DNA of 64,000 nucleotides from Candidatus Multivorans azotirespirans (GTDB taxonomy: Bacteria > Acidobacteriota > Thermoanaerobaculia > Multivoradales > Multivoraceae), in the NCBI GenBank assembly GCA_027493095.1, contig JAPVXD010000159.1, forward strand, positions 21,577 through 85,576. The letters are read 5' to 3'. A model generated the notes under the pieces. That model made no database searches. It was given only the letters and a program-made list of their open reading frames with translations, and was not told where the DNA came from. Position numbers and translations under genes: made by a program. This document shows positions 62,397 to 64,000 of this stretch, piece by piece (within the stretch, counting starts at the first letter, position 1; each line of letters opens with the position of its first letter).

Positions 62397-64000
62397 ATGT
62401 ACCGACTCCTCGACCGCTACATCCTCCGCGAAACCACGGGTCCGCTGGTTCTCGGCCTCCTGGTCTTCACGTTCCTGGCGCTGATGCAGGAGCTCTTCCA
62501 GTACGCGGAGATGATCATCGGCCGCAACGTGGAAGCCGCGGTCGCCCTGCAGCTTCTGGCCTACAGCCTGCCGCACATCGTCGTCCTGACGATCCCGATG
62601 GCCTTTCTGTTCGCGATCCTGATCGCGATCGGCCGCCTGGCGGCGGACAGCGAACTGGTGGCGATGAGGGCCGCGGGAATCAGCCTGTGGGCGATCTACA
62701 GGCCGATCCTGCTTCTGAGCCTGGTGCTGGCCGGACTCACGGGCTATCTGACGACGGTCACGCTGCCCGCGGGGAACAAGGCGATCAGCGACCTGCGCCT
62801 CTCGATCCTGACCCGGAACGTCAGCCAGCAGGTGAAGCCGAAGGTCTTCTACGACCAGCTTCAGGACCGCGTCCTCTACGTCTTCGAGGCGCCCGAGAAC
62901 GAGGACGGGTGGCGAGGGGTCTTTCTCGCCGACGCGGTGCCGGGTCCGGAACAGCAGGTGATCGTGGGCGAGACCGGGGAGATCAACCTGAACCAGGCTA
63001 CCGGCCAGGCGGTCCTGCGCTTCGGCGTCGCCGACGTACACGAAGTCGACACGAACAACCCTGGCGCCTACCGCCTCCAGCGACTCAGGGACGCGAACAT
63101 CGCACTCGAGGACAGCCTCTTCCGGCACGAGGAGCGTCTGGTTCTGGCCAAGGACGTGCGTTCCATGACACTCACGGAGCTCCTCGAGCGGGCCGCGGAG
63201 CCCGGGAGGACGGGGTCCGAGCGCAACAGGGCGCTGGTCGAGATCCACAAGAAGTTCGCAATACCCGCGGCCTGCCTCGTGTTCGGGCTCTACGGGATCC
63301 CGCTCGGCTTCCGGAACCGGCGCGGCGGACGCTCGTCCGGGTTCCTCGTGTCGGTCGGTATCTTCCTCTTCTACTACGTCCTGCTGGGGAACGGCGAGGA
63401 GGCGGCCGCGAGCGGCCAACTGCCCCCCTGGCTGGCCATGTGGGCGCCGAACATCATTCTGAGTGTCCTCGGCACCTTCCTGCTGTGGCGCCGCAACCGC
63501 GACAAGAGCCTGATGATCAGCGCCGTCGACCGGCTCACGCGGGACCACCTGTGGCGGCGTCTCGTTCGCCTCGGACGCCTCAGGGAACTCCGGGGACGCA
63601 GGCGCCGCGCACGCGAGCACCGGCTGGCTCTCGCCCAGCCGCAGTCGCTGCCCTCCTCCCCCGCCCGCGGACGGGTGAAGGTCCGGGTCGAACCGCCGGG
63701 TTTCCGATTCCCCGGGGTTCTGGACCGCTACATCTTCGGCGTGTTCGTTCGGGTGCTGGCGGTCACGATCGTCGCCGCCCTGGCCGTCTTCATCGTCTCC
63801 GACTTCACTCAACTCGTCGACGAGATGCTCCGGAACGCCGTTCCCTCCAGCGTCTTCTTCGAGTACTACCCGTACCTCTCCCTCCAGGTCTTCTACGACA
63901 ACGCGCCTGTTCTCGTTCTGGTCACTACTCTCGTCACCTTCGGCCTGCTGTCCCAACGCAACGAAGTCGTCGCCGCCAAGGCGCTTGGCTTCAGCCTGTT
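62397..64000 (+). CDS. LptF/LptG-family LPS export permease, apparently two permease modules in one ORF (3' end outside window)
   Basis: MYRLLDRYILRETTGPLVLGLLVFTFL is the typical LptF/G N-terminus. A second LDRYIFGVFVRVLAVT module begins about 63720 in the same frame, and no stop occurs from 62379 to the window end. An ATG at 62379 is an alternative start. Confidence 0.8.
   Translation, partial: MYRLLDRYILRETTGPLVLGLLVFTFLALMQELFQYAEMIIGRNVEAAVALQLLAYSLPHIVVLTIPMAFLFAILIAIGRLAADSELVAMRAAGISLWAIYRPILLLSLVLAGLTGYLTTVTLPAGNKAISDLRLSILTRNVSQQVKPKVFYDQLQDRVLYVFEAPENEDGWRGVFLADAVPGPEQQVIVGETGEINLNQATGQAVLRFGVADVHEVDTNNPGAYRLQRLRDANIALEDSLFRHEERLVLAKDVRSMTLTELLERAAEPGRTGSERNRALVEIHKKFAIPAACLVFGLYGIPLGFRNRRGGRSSGFLVSVGIFLFYYVLLGNGEEAAASGQLPPWLAMWAPNIILSVLGTFLLWRRNRDKSLMISAVDRLTRDHLWRRLVRLGRLRELRGRRRRAREHRLALAQPQSLPSSPARGRVKVRVEPPGFRFPGVLDRYIFGVFVRVLAVTIVAALAVFIVSDFTQLVDEMLRNAVPSSVFFEYYPYLSLQVFYDNAPVLVLVTTLVTFGLLSQRNEVVAAKALGFSL

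Overview
High-GC (roughly two-thirds G+C by eye) bacterial chromosomal window, densely packed with core housekeeping genes. There are no integrases, transposases, phage genes, CRISPR arrays or recognisable defence or toxin genes. Because of the GC content, nearly every real gene carries long spurious ORFs on the opposite strand or in other frames; I called genes only where the translation has recognisable family motifs.

Gene content, left to right:
- Envelope and DNA repair: a SAM methyltransferase (5' partial), a membrane sulfatase-like enzyme, PBP1A, uvrB-uvrC, RNase P RNA, an LD-carboxypeptidase and recG.
- A translationally coupled train: glycosyltransferase, scpA, scpB, rluB, cmk and a very large NtrY-like histidine kinase.
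- Mixed functions: MscS channel, glutaminyl cyclase, a GYF-AIM24 fusion protein, tRNA-Gly(CCC), bactofilin, rluD, lspA and thiE.
- A secreted FecR-domain protein carrying eight 51-bp tandem repeats.
- def, a cohesin-like lipoprotein, cysS, yraN, a tRNA-Gly/Cys/Leu cluster, feoAB, a crotonase, an outer-membrane beta-barrel candidate, dnaB-alr, purC, a SulP permease and TolC.
- tRNA-Leu(CAA) followed by two tandem tRNA-Leu-derived fragments.
- A long co-directional block: carD, priA, recJ, a giant LptC/LptA-like protein, lptB, rpoN, ptsN, rapZ, EIIA(Man), HPr, EI, miaB, a BFN nuclease, a ParB-like protein and an apparently fused lptF-lptG that runs off the window.

Most interesting observations:
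- Two perfect sigma-54 promoter consensus sites (TGGCAC-N5-TTGC) occur in the window, each correctly oriented just upstream of a start codon. One sits in front of the repeat-bearing FecR-domain gene, the other directly in front of rpoN itself.
- The lptB reading frame loses family similarity right after its H-loop and has no stop codon before rpoN.
- A tandem array of tRNA-Leu 3'-end copies resembles recombination (att-like) scars.
- alr has no canonical start codon for its conserved N-terminus.

I do not see a clear multi-gene novel system. The sigma-54 observations are the best lead.
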